Shown piece by piece: positions 26,115 to 40,000 of a stretch of 64,000 nucleotides of DNA (position 1 is its first letter; every line of letters begins with the position of its first letter). Source of the DNA: the human T2T-CHM13v2.0 reference genome, Homo sapiens. The translations under genes were made by a program, and so were the position numbers. The notes beneath the pieces are model-generated. The model was given only the letters and a program-made list of their open reading frames with translations. It searched no databases and had not been told where the DNA came from. The DNA is taken from NCBI RefSeq assembly GCF_009914755.1, contig NC_060944.1, one strand, 5' to 3'.

Positions 26115-27110
26115 AATTTGCTTTTAATTAAGCTTTTAATCATAGAACTTGTAAAGAAAATCCTTTCGAATCTTTTACTACCACATCATAGCTGGGACAA
26201 ACTGCTGACGTTCTAAAAGTAACACAAATATCAAACAGAAAGAACTAGACTTAGGAATCAAACTCAGGTTACTGTAGTGAACAGGGCAGAATCTTCACAT
26301 TAGGTCACCACCAGTACTCCTTCACTTTGGCCTTGGCTAGCAAAAGAATGGCCTTTTTATGTAGATGAGACCACTTACGTAAAAAAAAAGTTTTAAAAAA
26401 TAATTTCTGCTAACTGGAATGTTTTTTGTTGTTGTTTATTTGTTTGTTTTTTTGCAGCCATAGGAGTTTTAGCCAATTCAGAGGCCTTGCTCCCCACAAT
26501 TTGGAACATTCCTTTGAATTTGACCAAGTCAGGAAGAGATGGGAGAAAAGTGAAACAACAATAATAAAACCCCAAGCATAAACAAACAAAAAGAGTTAAG
26601 CAAAACAACAAATGCACAATTCATATGATTACTGAGTGTTCTAATGGTAAGGAGAAATTAAAAGCAGCTGGTGAGTAATCTTAAATTTTAGTCATTAAGG
26701 AAAAATTTTAAGACAAAACTCTAATTCAGCTACTTACCTGGAAATAAGGCTCAGGCTGGTGATCGTTCTCTGCCATATTAGAAGCTGGAAAAAACTTACA
26801 CTCACCTTCCCTGTCAGAAGCAAGCTGAAACTCAGGAAAGGAGGTGCCTGCTCTCCATCATCGTGGAAGCAGGAAAACTTGCCTTCCTTGTTGGAAATGA
26901 GTAAAACTTCAGAAAAGGAGTTGTACAGCAAAATCAAACTTAGATCTCAACTAGATTTTGGGAGATCAGGGACCCTCTGCAGGGGAGAAACTCCACAACC
27001 TCAGCAAATTATCCTGTTGATTTGGGCAATAAAGATAGCCCAGGTTGGTATCAAGCAATAATGAGATTTATCAAAGGTCAGGGACATCTTTGTAATGTCC
27101 TTCTCTGTCT
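26115..27110. mobile_element. ERV1 (MER4-group) internal-region fragment
   Basis: ttagccaattcagaggccttgctccccacaatttggaacattcctttgaatttgaccaagtcagg resembles MER4-group internal sequence; no LTR seen. Confidence 0.5.
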
Positions 27111-27114
27111 TTTT

Positions 27115-30100
27115 TAATCTTTATTGGTATATACGTTTTGTCAAAACTAGGAGGGCAACACCTGCTTTTTTCTGTTTTCCATTTGCTTGAAAGATTTTTC
27201 TCCATTCCTTTATTTTGAGCCTATGTATGGCACTGCATGTGAGATGGGTTTCTTGGAGATGGCATACTCAAATTGGTCTTGGTTCTTTATCCAGCTTGCC
27301 CCCCTGTGTCTTTCAATCGGAGCATTTAGCCCATTTCCATTTAAGGTTAGTAATGGTATGTGTGGATTGGATCTTGTCGTCATGCTGTCAGCTGGTTATT
27401 TTGCAGACTTGTGTATGTGGTTGGTTTTTAGCATCACTGTTCTGTGTACTTCGGTGCATTTTTGTAGTGGCTGGTGATGGTCTTTTCTTTCCATATTTAG
27501 TGCTTCATTCAGGAGCTCTTGTAAGGTAGATCTGGTGATAATGAATTCTCTCAGCATTTGCTTGTCTGGAAAGGATCTTGTTTCTCCTTCACTTATGATG
27601 CTTAATTTTGCTGGACATGAAGTTCTGGGTTGAAATTTCTTGTCTTTTTTTTTTAACCATTTAACTCTCTAGCTCTCATTTTAACCATTTTAACTCTCTA
27701 GCTGCCTTTAACATTGTTTCTCTCATTTTGACCTTGGAGAATCTGATGATTATATGTTTTGGGGATGATCTTCTCATGGCATATCTTACTGCGGTCCTCT
27801 GGATTTCCTAAATTTGAATGTTGGCCTGTCTGGCTAGGTTGGGGACATTCTCATGAAAGATATTCTGAAGTACGTTTTCCAAGCTGGTTCCATTCTCCTC
27901 ATCTCTTTCAGATACATTAATCAGTCATAGGTTTGGTCGTTTATATAATCCCATATTTCTTGGATGCTTTGTTCATTCCTTTTCCTTCTTTTTTCCCCCA
28001 TTCTTGTCTGCCTGTTTTATTTCAGAAAGCCAGTTTTCAAGCTCTGGGATTCTTTCCTCTGTTTGGTCTATTCTGCTGGGTGGTCTTGCACATGAGATGG
28101 AGCTGGTCTGACCTCAGCCCTCCTTAGTCTGCTTGCCTCTCCCAGGACCCCAGCCTGGCCACACCTGCTTACAGGGCAATCTCGGGTGCCCACACACACT
28201 ACAATAATTTTCATAATGCAATCACACATAATCACCATGTGACTCCATTATGAAAATTCTTATAGTGTGCTTTTCAGCTCTATTAGGTCGGTTACGTCTT
28301 CTTTATACTTGCTATTTTGTCTGTTAGCTCCTGCAATGTTTTAAAATGATTTTTAGCTCGCTTGTATTGCATGACAACATACTTCTTTCACTCAGTGAAC
28401 TTTGTTCCTACGCATATCCTGAACACTGCTTGTATCATTCCAGACATCTCAGCCTCAGCCCAGTTCAGAACACTTGCTGGAGAGTTGATGCAGTCATTTG
28501 GAGGAAGGAAGGCATGCTACTTTTTGAGTTTTCAGTGTTCTCACACAGATTCTTTCTCATCTTTATGGGCTTATCCACCTTCCATCTTTGAGGTTGCTGA
28601 CCTTTGGACAGGGTATTTTTCTTTTATTGTATTTGATGATCTTGAGGGTTTCATTGCGGTATAAGGTGGATTCAACCAACTGGCTTTGTTTTTGGAGGAT
28701 TTTGGGGGGGCCAATGTGCAGCTCCCAATTCCTGGACTGTTTGCTTTAACTCTGGGGAACTTGTCTTGGGCCCCAACTTTGTTCTCTGGCTCCTCGAGGT
28801 TTGGAGTCCACTGCTCTGTGGGGACCGAAGTGTAGCAACTGTGACGGAATGCTAGTGGATGCAAAATTCCCTGCCTCCCTGCGGGTGTTCACCCAGTGGT
28901 GGAGACAAGACAGCTGGGGTGTGGGCCAGGGCTCCCCTGCTGTGTGTGTGTTGTGCTGGAGGTAATGTTCGTTCAGAGTGAGCTGCTGGCCAGTGCAGAC
29001 CATGGTGCCTTCTCTGTGCCCCTCAAAGCAACAGTGGTCGCTCAGGGTATAAGAAGGTCCCTTTTTCTCTGCACAGCATTAGCTCAACGGTGAGGTGCTG
29101 GCAGGGGTGGGGTTCTTGGTTCTGTGCCCACCAAGGCTCTGTCTTCAATGGCAGTTGGTGTGGGTTGGTGTGTGTGCTGCACTCCCATGTGCTCTCAGGG
29201 CAAGTACAGCAAAACCCACCTGTGTAAACACACACAGCAAAGTGATGTAGGAAGTTTCCATATAAAGGGCTGCAGTATGGAGAGGTAATCTGCAGACTGG
29301 TGTGTGGCTGTTGGGGCCACCTTGCTGCAGCTCTCCACTGATCAGGTATGGTCCACTAGCACGGAAGCTATGCTGTGGGCATCCGAAAGTGCCCTGTAAG
29401 CAGGTGTGGCCAGGCTGGGGTCCTGGGAGAGGCAAGCAGACTAAGGAGTGCTGAGATCAGACCAGCCCCATCTCATGGGCAAGACTGCCCAGCAGAGATC
29501 AGGTCTCAGAGGAGAACTCTCTCAAAAGTGAACCCCCAGCACAGCATAGCTGCTTTACACAAACATGGGCAGGCTTCTTTTTTAAGCAAGTCCCCTTTTT
29601 TAAGAGAGGAACTCTGGGACCTGATCTCTGCTGGGCAATCTTGAACATGAGATGGGGCTGATCTGAGCTTAGCATTCCTAAAGTGCTGGGATGAAGTGTC
29701 TCACAAGGGCAAGTGGAACCTAGAGAGATAGCTGTCCCTGTCCTCTGGGCTCCACATCACCTGACTTGCTGCTCCACCACTCTGCTTTTCTCCTGGGTGC
29801 TCCATCCCAGAGAGATGTGAGTTAGTGTAATCAGCCCAGGATGGAGGGTCTGTGTTGTGAGCCCAAGCCAGGGTTCCCTCTCTGGTGATGAGCAGTGTGG
29901 GGTGTGTGGTACCCGTGGGAGATGGACTGGCTTGTTCGTTGGGTCAACTGCAGCTTATTGGAGGTGTCGATATGGCACTTAGGGTCTTTGCTCCCTTGAT
30001 ATTCTGAGGGTAGCAAGGGCAGTTCCACTGCAGAGACAGTGGCAGAGAGAATTTCATTTGCTCCTGGAAGCTCTGTCCAGGGAATTGCTGAGTTGCTACT

Positions 30101-31075
30101 GGCTTGATAGCTCCAATGGTGGACTGGCTGGAGACCCAGGCCAGGAGGACCTGCTCATCAAGTAGACTGTCTGGCCACTTTTCTGTCAGGCTGCTGGTAT
30201 GCTGGGTATCCCCTCCAGTCCCTATTTGCCTTGTATTTTCCAGGGAAGATGATAGCCTGCCCCTTCCTCTGGGAGCTCTGGGCCACTGAGGTACGAACTT
30301 GTTGCCGATATGAACACACCTATAAGATGTGACTGGAGACAAGTTGAGAAGTCTTATCTAGTCAGGAGGAACAAGAACAGGGACTTGCTTAAAAAAAAAG
30401 TCTGGCCACGTTTTTCTAGAGCAGCTGTGCTATGCTGGGGGTTCACTTCCACTCCTGGTCGCCTCAGACACTCTGAAGCCCTAAGGCTGAAATGGCTGAG
30501 TTGCCCCAACAGCAAAGATGACAGTCTGGTCCTCCCCCTGGGAGCTCTGACTCAGGGAGGCCTGAAACCTCTGTCAGCCAGAGAACAGCAGTGAATGTAG
30601 CTGGAGACCTTGGTTGAAAGGCTTCACCCACTGATTAGAAATGTGGTCGGGGACTGACTTAAACAAGAGTCTGGCCACGTTTTTGTAGTGTGGCTGTGCT
30701 GTGCTGTGCTGAGTTTCCTCTTCCACCCCTTTTCACCTTGGGCTTTCCAAAGCCCGCAGGCCAGAACGGCTAGTCACCCAAACAGCAAAGGTGGTGGCCT
30801 GCCCCTCTCTCTGGGAGCTCTGTCCCAGGAACACTTCAAATTTCCATTGGCCAAGGAATGCTGGTGGCGGTAGCTGGAGGCCCCAGTTGGGAGGTCCTGT
30901 CCTGTGACGTGGAACAGGGTCAGGGGCCTGCTTACAGAAGCAGTCTGGCCATGATTTGGTAAAGCAGCTATGCTGTGCTGTGGGATCTCTTCTGCCACTG
31001 GTCGGTTTGTCCTCTCCAAAGCCCTCAGGCTGGAATGACTAAGTTGCCTGAACAGGAAAGATGGAGGCCTGCCCC
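27115..31075 (-). mobile_element. Old L1 (L1PA13-16/L1PREC2-like): 5'UTR, ORF1 and start of ORF2, rearranged
   Basis: Antisense L1 motifs (ctcagcatttgcttgtctggaaaggat; ttgaatgttggcctgtctggctaggttgggga). Repeated ctggccacgtttt...gctgtgct blocks at ~30170, 30400, 30670 and 30945. Confidence 0.8.
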
Positions 31076-31448
31076 ATCTATTCTCTCAGAGTTCATCTTG
31101 TTTGATGGAGCTTAATTTTTAGCCTGTTAATTTTACTGTCTACATTAGACTTGTTCGGAAAGAATCTGTTATATTTTAGGTTAGATATATGAGAATTCAT
31201 TGTTTTCTGTAAATAAACCTGTTCATGTCTTGTTCTCTGGAAAGAAATCTCTTTCAACTATCTGACTTTGGTCACAATCATGTAGAGCAGTAGCCAGTCT
31301 ACAGTGACATAATTGAATTTCCATTTCCAGTGTTTCGTTTTTGTGTCTTACATTTTACAGTTCAGAATTGCGCATTTTATTCCCAATTGTCAAAATGCTA
31401 AGCTGTCCACTGTACTGAAATAGTTTTTGTTAATTCTTCGTCATTCAA

Positions 31449-31849
31449 TTTTTTTTAAGATGTGCACTTTTATCCAACTTTTCTCAAGTCAGAGTACAGA
31501 TAAGCCCTGGCTGCCTCCAGCCGCTCTCAGGGAGACCAAAACCCTTCATACACTCCAAGTTGGGGTACAAAAAAGGGGGGCCATGAAGGCTAATCATTAA
31601 AAATAAAACAAAAGTTAAAAGTATTAATGCAAAGATTTAAAAATTTTTGCATTATGTAATTTACACAAAAGCAATGCTATCACCTCCCCTGTGTGAACTC
31701 GGGAGAGGACTGGGCCATTCTCCTTAGAGAGAAGTAGGGTGGCTTTTAGGAGGGCAAGGGGCTTCCTGAAACAATACATCTCACAATATTTGGAATGACT
31801 ATTGAAAAGAAGAACAATGTACAATCAAAGTCCTTGGCGACATTGTAGA
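31449..31849 (-). pseudogene. ACTB: ACTB 3'UTR retrocopy fragment (no coding sequence)
   Basis: Minus strand matches the recalled ACTB 3'UTR: gactttgattgtacattg..aatagtcattccaaata..taaggagaatggcccagtcctctccc..ggggaggtgatagcattgcttt..ggcagccagggctta..taaaagtgcac, then a short A run. Confidence 0.9.
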
Positions 31850-31855
31850 AACAGC

Positions 31856-33000
31856 GGGCGCTGACCCCTGAACCACAACCACAGTTCTGGGTTTGGGATT
31901 TGGTAAAACCACCCCAGGGACAGAGTTCTGGGGCCGGGTTTTGGAGGAACCAAGGCGCCTCCCAGGGATGATGTGTCACTCCTGCTTGCCATGAAATGTG
32001 CACACAGGCTGTCCCCCTGCCCATCCCATCCTGCTGGACAGGATGGAGGAAGTGAGAGAACAGGCAGGGTGGACAGCTGGGGTGCAGGGAGAGGCAGGTG
32101 CATTCTGGGAGGTCAGGATCTGTGAGGGCTGTGGGCTCATCAGGTGGAGTAGGCTCCAGGTGCACCATCAGTGCACTGGGCAGGTCTCAGGCCAGGCTTC
32201 CTGGACCCCGGCTGGGTGATGTGGTCACTCCCTGGGGGACTGCTGTCAGACCTTGGCCACGCCCCCTTGGCAGCACCGTCCCATCCTAGGACTGGACTTT
32301 CTGAGTCCTGAGACAGGACAGTGCTTCCCAGACCTGACAGACTGGGAGGACCTGTTAAGTCCTCCATCCCTAGACCAGCCTCCCAAAAGCAGGGACAGTC
32401 TCCTACCTTTACCTTCAGGGCACTGACTGATCCATCTCATTCTAAGGCAACCAAGGCAGAGCTGAGGACCTGTGCCAGGCTGGGAGCCAGTCTTCTCCCT
32501 AAATGGGCCTTAGGGAAGCCTCATCCCTGTCCCAGTGCACTGCAAGTTTCAGCTCAGGAGACACATAGGGAAGGGAGGATGGGTCCTCCCCACTGGCTGA
32601 CCCTGGAAAAGCAGGACCTGGGAGAAGAGAGAGTGCAGGGCTGGCAGGTGATGCTCCAGGCCCATGGAGAGCTCAGGCTCCACCAAGGGGCTGCCTATCC
32701 TGGGCTGGAGGCTGTGCCCTCTGCAGGATCTGAGGAAGTCCAGTCGTGAGGTGGGACAGTGCTACCCAGGGTGGGTGGCCAGCGCCTGACAACAGTCCCC
32801 CAGTAAGTGACCACATCACCCAGCCGGGGTCCAGAGAGCCTGGGCCAAGACCTGCCCAGTGCACTGAGGGTGCACCTGGAGCCCACCCCACCTGATGCCC
32901 CCACAGCCCTCACAGGGTCTGACCTCCCAGCATGCACCTGCCTCTCCCTGAAACCCAGCTGCCCACCCTGCCTGTTCCCTGGCCTCCTCCATCCTGTGCA
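31856..33000 (-). pseudogene. Second TBC1D3/TBC1D26-family fragment (one exon, 32439-32407, plus introns and the same inverted repeat)
   Basis: Collinear paralog of 17350-18490. Exon reads tgagatggatcagtcagtgccctgaaggtaaag|gtagg. Arms at ~32037-32310 and ~32724-33000. Confidence 0.8.
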
Positions 33001-33199
33001 GACCATAGACTGTGACCCTCTCTCTGACCACTCTGGCCCTTCCTTTACCTTTGTCCCATCAGAATCTCTGAGCAAGATCTCCCAGGTCCATCCAGACACC
33101 TGCTTTGTCCACTTTTGACTGGGCCATTGAACACCACTGGGCCACCCCAACTGTCCACAGGCTCCTTGATAACATGCATTTCCCCTGACATTTCCCAGT

Positions 33200-34078
33200 A
33201 GTGCTCAGCAGCCCCCACTGACCAGGTCCCTGCTGAGCAGATTCAGCATATCAGATCCTCCCTGACCACACCCTCACTGATTAGACCCCCTTCACCAGGC
33301 CTCACTAACTAGATTCCCGCTGCCAGGCCCACAATGACCAGGACTCCACAGACGAGGATCTTACTGACAAGGCCTCACTGGCAAGGCCTCACTGACCAGG
33401 TCCTTACTGACAAGGCCTCACTGATCAGGTTCCACCGATCATGACCCCATTGCCTGGTCCCACAGATGAAGCCCTACTGACTAGGCCTGCAGGGAATATG
33501 ATGCCAGTGACCAGGCCCCTGCTAACCAGGCCTGAGGTGACCAGATGCCCCTGACCAGGACCCTAATGAGTATGCCCCACTGAACAGGTATGCACTGCTC
33601 AGATCCCTGCTGACCAGGTCACCCCGTAGACCAGTGCTACAAAAGCCACCACTGATCAAGTCCTCTCTGACCAGGCCCCCACTGATTAGGTTTCCACGGA
33701 CCAGCCTGCCCTGACCAGGGCCCCACTGACAAGCGCCTCTGCTGACTAGGTCCCATGTGACCAGGCCTCCACTGAATAGCACCCCTTGACCTGGTCACCA
33801 GTAACCCAGCCCAATCTGACAAGGCCATCACTAAGCCCCAGCTGACAAGGTCTCCACTGACCAAGTCCCACAGCACAGGTTGGCATTGACCAGACACCAA
33901 ACATTTGTCTGCCACTAGGAACCCACTCACCAAGACCTGCACTACTAGATCCCTCTAATGAGACCCTCTCTAAGCAGACCCCTGCTGACCACCCCCCACT
34001 AAATAGGCCTTACGACCAAGTCCCGATTGACTAGGTCCACTGAGCAGGCCCACACTGATCAGGCCCCTCCTAACCATA
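33200..34078. repeat. CCCCACTGACCAGG tandem repeat, block 2
   Basis: Same units and order as 18700-19612. Confidence 0.9.
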
Positions 34079-34084
34079 TCAGAA

Positions 34085-37000
34085 GGCCAAGCAGCAAAGA
34101 GATGTTTCATATGGCAGGAGTAGGAGCAAGACAGAGAAAGGAAAGAGGTGTGACATCCTGTTAGACAACCAAATCACATCAGAACTCACTCCCAGGAGAT
34201 CAGCATCAAGAAGACTAACCAATGGTGAAGGATTCTCCACCCACACCACCGCCCACTGCTTCCAGGCAGAAGCCTCCTGCAGAGGCAGAACCTCTTAGGA
34301 AACTTCCACTATGGCAGTGCAGAAGGAAAATATAGGCTTTGAGCCCCCACACAGGAGGCCACCATCCTCCAGACTCCAGATTTGTAAGCCCACCAACAGC
34401 TCACACCCTCAGTATGGAAAAGCTACAGGCACTCAACACCAACCCAGCCCATGACAGCAGCCATGGGGGCTACACCCTGCAAAGCCACAGGTGCACTGTC
34501 CTAGTAGAGGTTTCCCATGAGCCTCTGCCTCTGCAGCAGGTTACTCCCACCCTCCCACCACCCTACTGACAACCTACTCCTCCCCACACTACCACCCCTT
34601 TTCCTTCCACCCCAACCCCCTCTCATCCAAGATTAAAACACCTCCCACCTGGCCCACCTCCAACATTAAGGATGACACGTGAGTTATATAGGGACACACA
34701 GCCAACCCATATTATTCTGACCCTGATACCCCAGAACCTCATGTCCTTCTCACAGAGCAAAACAAAATCATGCTTTTTCAAAAGTTTCCAAAAGTCTTAA
34801 CTCATTCCAAATGTAAAAATTTCCAAGTCTCATCTGAGACAAGGTTACAGTCCCTTCTGCCAATGAGTCCCTGAATTTAAAAGGGATTTCTTTTCCTTCA
34901 AGGTACAACAGGCATTGGGTAAGGTTTCTCAATCCAAATGGAAGAAATTCCCCAGAAAAATAACACAAATGCAAGTCCAAAACCCAGCAGGACAGTATTC
35001 ACTCAATCTCACAGCTCCAAAGTCATCAAAAGAACGCACTGTCATGCGGACAGCATTAAGGAGATAGTGTTTACCCATTTGTGAAGAATCTGCTCCCCCA
35101 CCCTCATCTTTCACTCCCACCCACAAAATAATCTCTCCCATTCTCCCCACACCCCTACCTCCAACACCCACTCTTCTCCATGATCAAATCACCTCCCACC
35201 AGGTCCCACCTTTAACATTCCCCACTACAATTCCACATGAGTATTGGTAGGGACACAGAATCAAATCATATTATTCTGGCTCTTGCTCCCCAAATCTTGT
35301 ATCCTTGTCACACTGCAAAATACAATGATGACTTCTCTACTTCCCCCCAATGACTTAACTCATTCCAGCATTTACTGAAATGTACAAGGACTTACAGACC
35401 CCATGCAAGTCAAAAACCCAGCAGGCCAGTCATTGAATCCTACAGCTCCAAATCATCCTTTCTGAATCTACATCTCACATCTAGAGCACAGGTTTGTGAT
35501 GCCTGGGTTCCCAAGGCCTTGGGCAGCTCTGTGCCTGTGGCTGTGCAGGGTCTATCCCCCACAGCTGTCCTCATGGGCTGGGCTGGTGTTGAGTGCCTGT
35601 AGCTTTTCCACACTAAGGATGCCAGCTGTTGGTGCGTCTATGAATCTGGGGTCTGGATAATGGTGCCTCCATATTTAGGGACTCCAGCCCTATATTCTTC
35701 TTCTGTACTGCCCTAGTAAAGGTTTCCCATGAGGCTCTGCCTCTTGGAAAAGATTCTGCCTGAACACCCAGGTTTTTCCTTACATACTCTGGAGTCTAGA
35801 CAAAGGCTCCCAAGCCTCTAGTTTTGTCCTCTGCGCAGCTGCTGGCTTAACACTGTGTGGAAGCCACCAAGGCTTGAAGCTTGCACCCCTGAAGCAGTGA
35901 TGCAAGCTGTACCTGTGCATCTTTCAGCCATGGCTGGAACTAGAGCTGCAGGGATGCAGGCAGCAGTGTCCTGAGGCTGCACATAGAGGGGGGTCATGGA
36001 ACTGGCCCAGGAAACCATTCTTCTCTCTGAGGCCCCAGGGCCTATGATAGCAAGGGCTGCTGCAAAGTTTTCTGAAATGGCTTCAAGGCCTTTTCCCTAT
36101 TGTCTTGGCTATTAGCACTGGGCTCCTTTTCATGCAAATTTCTGAAGCCTTCCTCAGTTTTATCCTGAAAATCAGCTTTTCTTTTTGACCATTTGGTCAG
36201 GCTGCAAATTTTTGAGTTCTGTTTCTCATTTAATATTAGAGTTGGGACTGATTTAATGTAAGACCCATCCAGATGTCATTTCCTCAGTCACACATAAGGG
36301 CACAGGCTGTTTGATACAGACAGGACACCCCTTCAGCTTTGCTGCCCAGAAGTTCATTCCATCAGATACTCAGTAAGCCGTCACCCTCAAATTCAAAGTT
36401 TCACAGATCTCCAGGGCAGGGTCACTGTGCAGCCACGTTCTTTGCTGCAGCAAAACAAAAGTAACCTTGGCTCCTGTTTGCAGTAAGTCCCTCCTTTTCA
36501 TCTGAGAGCTTCTTAATCTGATCCTTACTGTCTATTTTCCTATGAGCCTTCTGATCACAAGTATTTAACAATTCTTTACAAAGATCCAAACTTTCCCTCA
36601 TCTCCCTGTCTTCGAAGTCCTCCAAACTCTCCCAAACTCCATCTGCTACCCCCTTCTGAACCTGCTTCTATATTATCAGCTATCTTTGTCGCAGGCTGGC
36701 AATGTGGTAAAGGAAGACAAGCCCATTTTCTGGGGAAAAATTCAAGGAGGCTTCAGATACTTGAGTGAAAAGAAGCTGAGTGCTGATTGCCAAGACATTA
36801 GGGAGAAGGCCTTGAAGACACTTAATAGATCCACTTTGCAGTCATAATTTTCTCCATGATCATAAAGAAAACAGGTTTAATTGGTTAATGATTCTGCAGA
36901 CTGTAAGGAAGCATAGTGGCTTCTGCATCTGACAGGACTCAGGAAGCCTCCCAATCATACCAGAATGTCAAAGGGCAAGGAGATGTCTCATATGGCAAGA

Positions 37001-40000
37001 GTAGGAGCAAGACAGAGAAAGGAAAAAGTTGTCATACCCATTATACAAGCAGATCTCATGAGAACTCACTATCACAAGGTCAGCATCAAGAAGATGGTGC
37101 TTAAACATTGGTGAAGGATCTGACCCACACACCCAACTCCCACTGTTTCCAGGCAGAAGCCTCCTTCAGATGCAGAGCCTCTTGAAAACCTCTATTATGG
37201 AAGTGCAGAAAGAAAATATGGGCTTAGAGCCCCCACACAGGTTGTCACCAACCTCCAGATCCCAGATTCATAGGCCCACCAACAACTCACACCCTTGGTG
37301 TGGAAAAGCTACAGGCCCTCAATACCAGCCCAGCCCACGAGAACAGCTGTGGGGCTAAAACTTGCAAAGCCACAGGTGCACTTCCCTAGTGGAGGTTTTC
37401 CGTGAGGCTTTGCCTCTGCAGCAGTCTACTCCCCCTTCCTACTTCCCCCCACCCTCCCACCACCCTACTGCCAACCCACTCCTCCCCATCCTACCGATCC
37501 CTTTTACCTTCCACCACCACCAACCTCCTGTCCATAATTAAGTCACCTGCTTCAACATTAGAGATTACAATTCCACATGAGTTTCATAGGGACACACAGG
37601 CAAACCATATAATTCTGACCCTGATATTCCAGAATCTCATGTCCTTATCACAGAGCAAAATACAATCATGACTTTTCAAAAGTTTGAAAAAGTCTTAACT
37701 CATTCCAAATTTTAAAAATTCAAAGTCTCATCTGAGATAAGGCCACAGTCCCTTCTGCCTATGAGTCCCTGAATTTAAAATGGAGTTCTTTTCTTTCAAG
37801 GTACAATGATGGTAGAGGCATTGGGTAAGATTTCTCAGTCCAAAGGGAAGAAATTTCCCAGAAAAATAACACAAATGGGCCCACAGGCCCAATGCAAGTC
37901 CAAAACCCAGCAGGACAGTATTCACTCAATCTCACAGCTCCAAAATCATCAAGAGAACTCACTGTCATGTGAACAGCATTAAGGAGAGTATGCTTAACCA
38001 TTTGTGAAGGATCTGCCCCCCCACCCTCATCTTTCACTCCCACCCACAAAATAATCTCCCCCATTCTCCCCACTCCCCTACCTCCAACACCCATTCTTCT
38101 CCATGATTAAATCACCTCCCACCAGGCCCCAGCTTTAACATTCCCCATTACAATTCCACATGAGTTTGGTAGGGATGCAGAGCCAAATCATATTATTCTG
38201 ACCCTGGTCCCCATATCTCATGTTGTTCTCACACTGCAAAGTACAATGATGCTTTCTCTACAGTTTCCCAATCTCTTTACTCATTCCAGCATTTACTGAA
38301 ATGCCCAAAGCCCAAAGTCTCTTCTGAGACAAGGCTGCCATATGTTCTACCCCTGAGCCTCTGAAATACAAAGCAAGTACTTCCAAAGTACAATGATTGT
38401 ACATGCATTGGGTAAGTATTCCCAGCCAAAAGGAAGAAATTTGTCAGAAAGAATCACAAAACACAGTTGGGACTTACAGACCCCATACAAGTCAAAAACC
38501 CAACAGGCCAGTCATTGAATTCTACAGCTCCAAATCATTTTTTTTGAATCCAGATCCCACATCCAGAGCTCAAGGCTATGAGGCCTGGGCTCCCAAGGCC
38601 TTGGGCAGGTCTGCACCTGTGACTTTGCAGGGTCTAACCTCCACAGTTGCCCTCATGGGCTGGGCTGGTGTTGAGTAGCTACAGCTTTTCCACAATCAAG
38701 GTGCAAGCTGCTAGTGAGTCTATGAATCTGGCATTGGCAGAATGGTGCCTCCCTGTATGGGGTTCGAACCCTATATGTTCCTTCTGTACTGCCCTAGTAA
38801 AGGAGGCTCTGCCTCTTGGAAAAGTTTCGACCTGGACACCCAGGTTTTTCCATACATACTCTGGAGTCCAGACAAAGGATCCCTAGCCTCTAGTTTTGTG
38901 CTCTGTGCACCTGCTGGCTTAACACTATGTGGAAGCCACCAAGGCTTGCAGCTTGCACCCTCTGAAGCAGTGACCCAAGCTCTACCTGTGCATCTTTCAG
39001 CCATGGCTGGAGCTGGAGCTTCAGAAATGCAGCCAGCAGTGTCCTGAGGATGGACATAGCAGCGGGGACATGGGGCTGGAAAAGGAAACCATTCTTTTCT
39101 CTCAGGTCTCAGGGCCTGTGATAGCAAGGGCTGCTGCAAAAGTCTTTGAAATGCCTTCAAGGCCTTTTTAACATTGTATTGGCTATTAGCACTGAACTCC
39201 ATTTTATGCACATTTCTGAAGACTTTTTGAATTTTCCCACTGATAATCAGCTTTTCTTTTTGACCACTTGGCCAGGCTGCAAATTTTTCAAACTTTTAAG
39301 CTCTCCTCATTTAAATATAAGTTTCACCTTGAGGTCATTTCTTTGGTCACATATAGGACCACAGGCTGTTCGACACAGACAGGACACCTCTTAAGCTTTG
39401 CTGCCTAAAATTTCATTCCACCAAATACACTCTAAATTATCACCCTGATGTTCAAAATTTCACAGGTCTCCACATTAGGGGCATAGTGCAGCAACGTTCT
39501 TTGCTAAGGAAAAAACAAAAGTGACCTTTGTTCCTGTTCCCAGCAAGCTCCTCATTTTCATGTGAGACCTTCTAAGCCTGGTGATCACTGTCCATCCTTC
39601 TGTCACCTTTTTAATTATAACTATTTAACAAGTCTCTACACTGAACCAAACTTTTCCTCATCTTCCTGTCTTCTTCCAAGACCTCCAAACTCTCCAACCT
39701 CTGGCCATTACACACTTCTCAACCTGCTTCTACATTTTCAGCTATGTTTGTCACAGCCTGGCAATGTGGTAAAAGAAGAAAAGTCCATTTCAGGAGAAAA
39801 ATTAATGCAGGCTTCACATATTTGCCTGAAAAGAAGCTGAGTGCTGATTGCCAAGACTATAGGGAAAAGGCCTTGAAGGCATTTCATAGCTCCACTTTAT
39901 AGCATTAATTTGCTGTATAATCAGAAAGAAGAGAGATTAAACTGGCTGATGGTTCTGCAAGCTTTAAATAAATCATAGAGGCTTCTGCTTCTGGAAGGAT

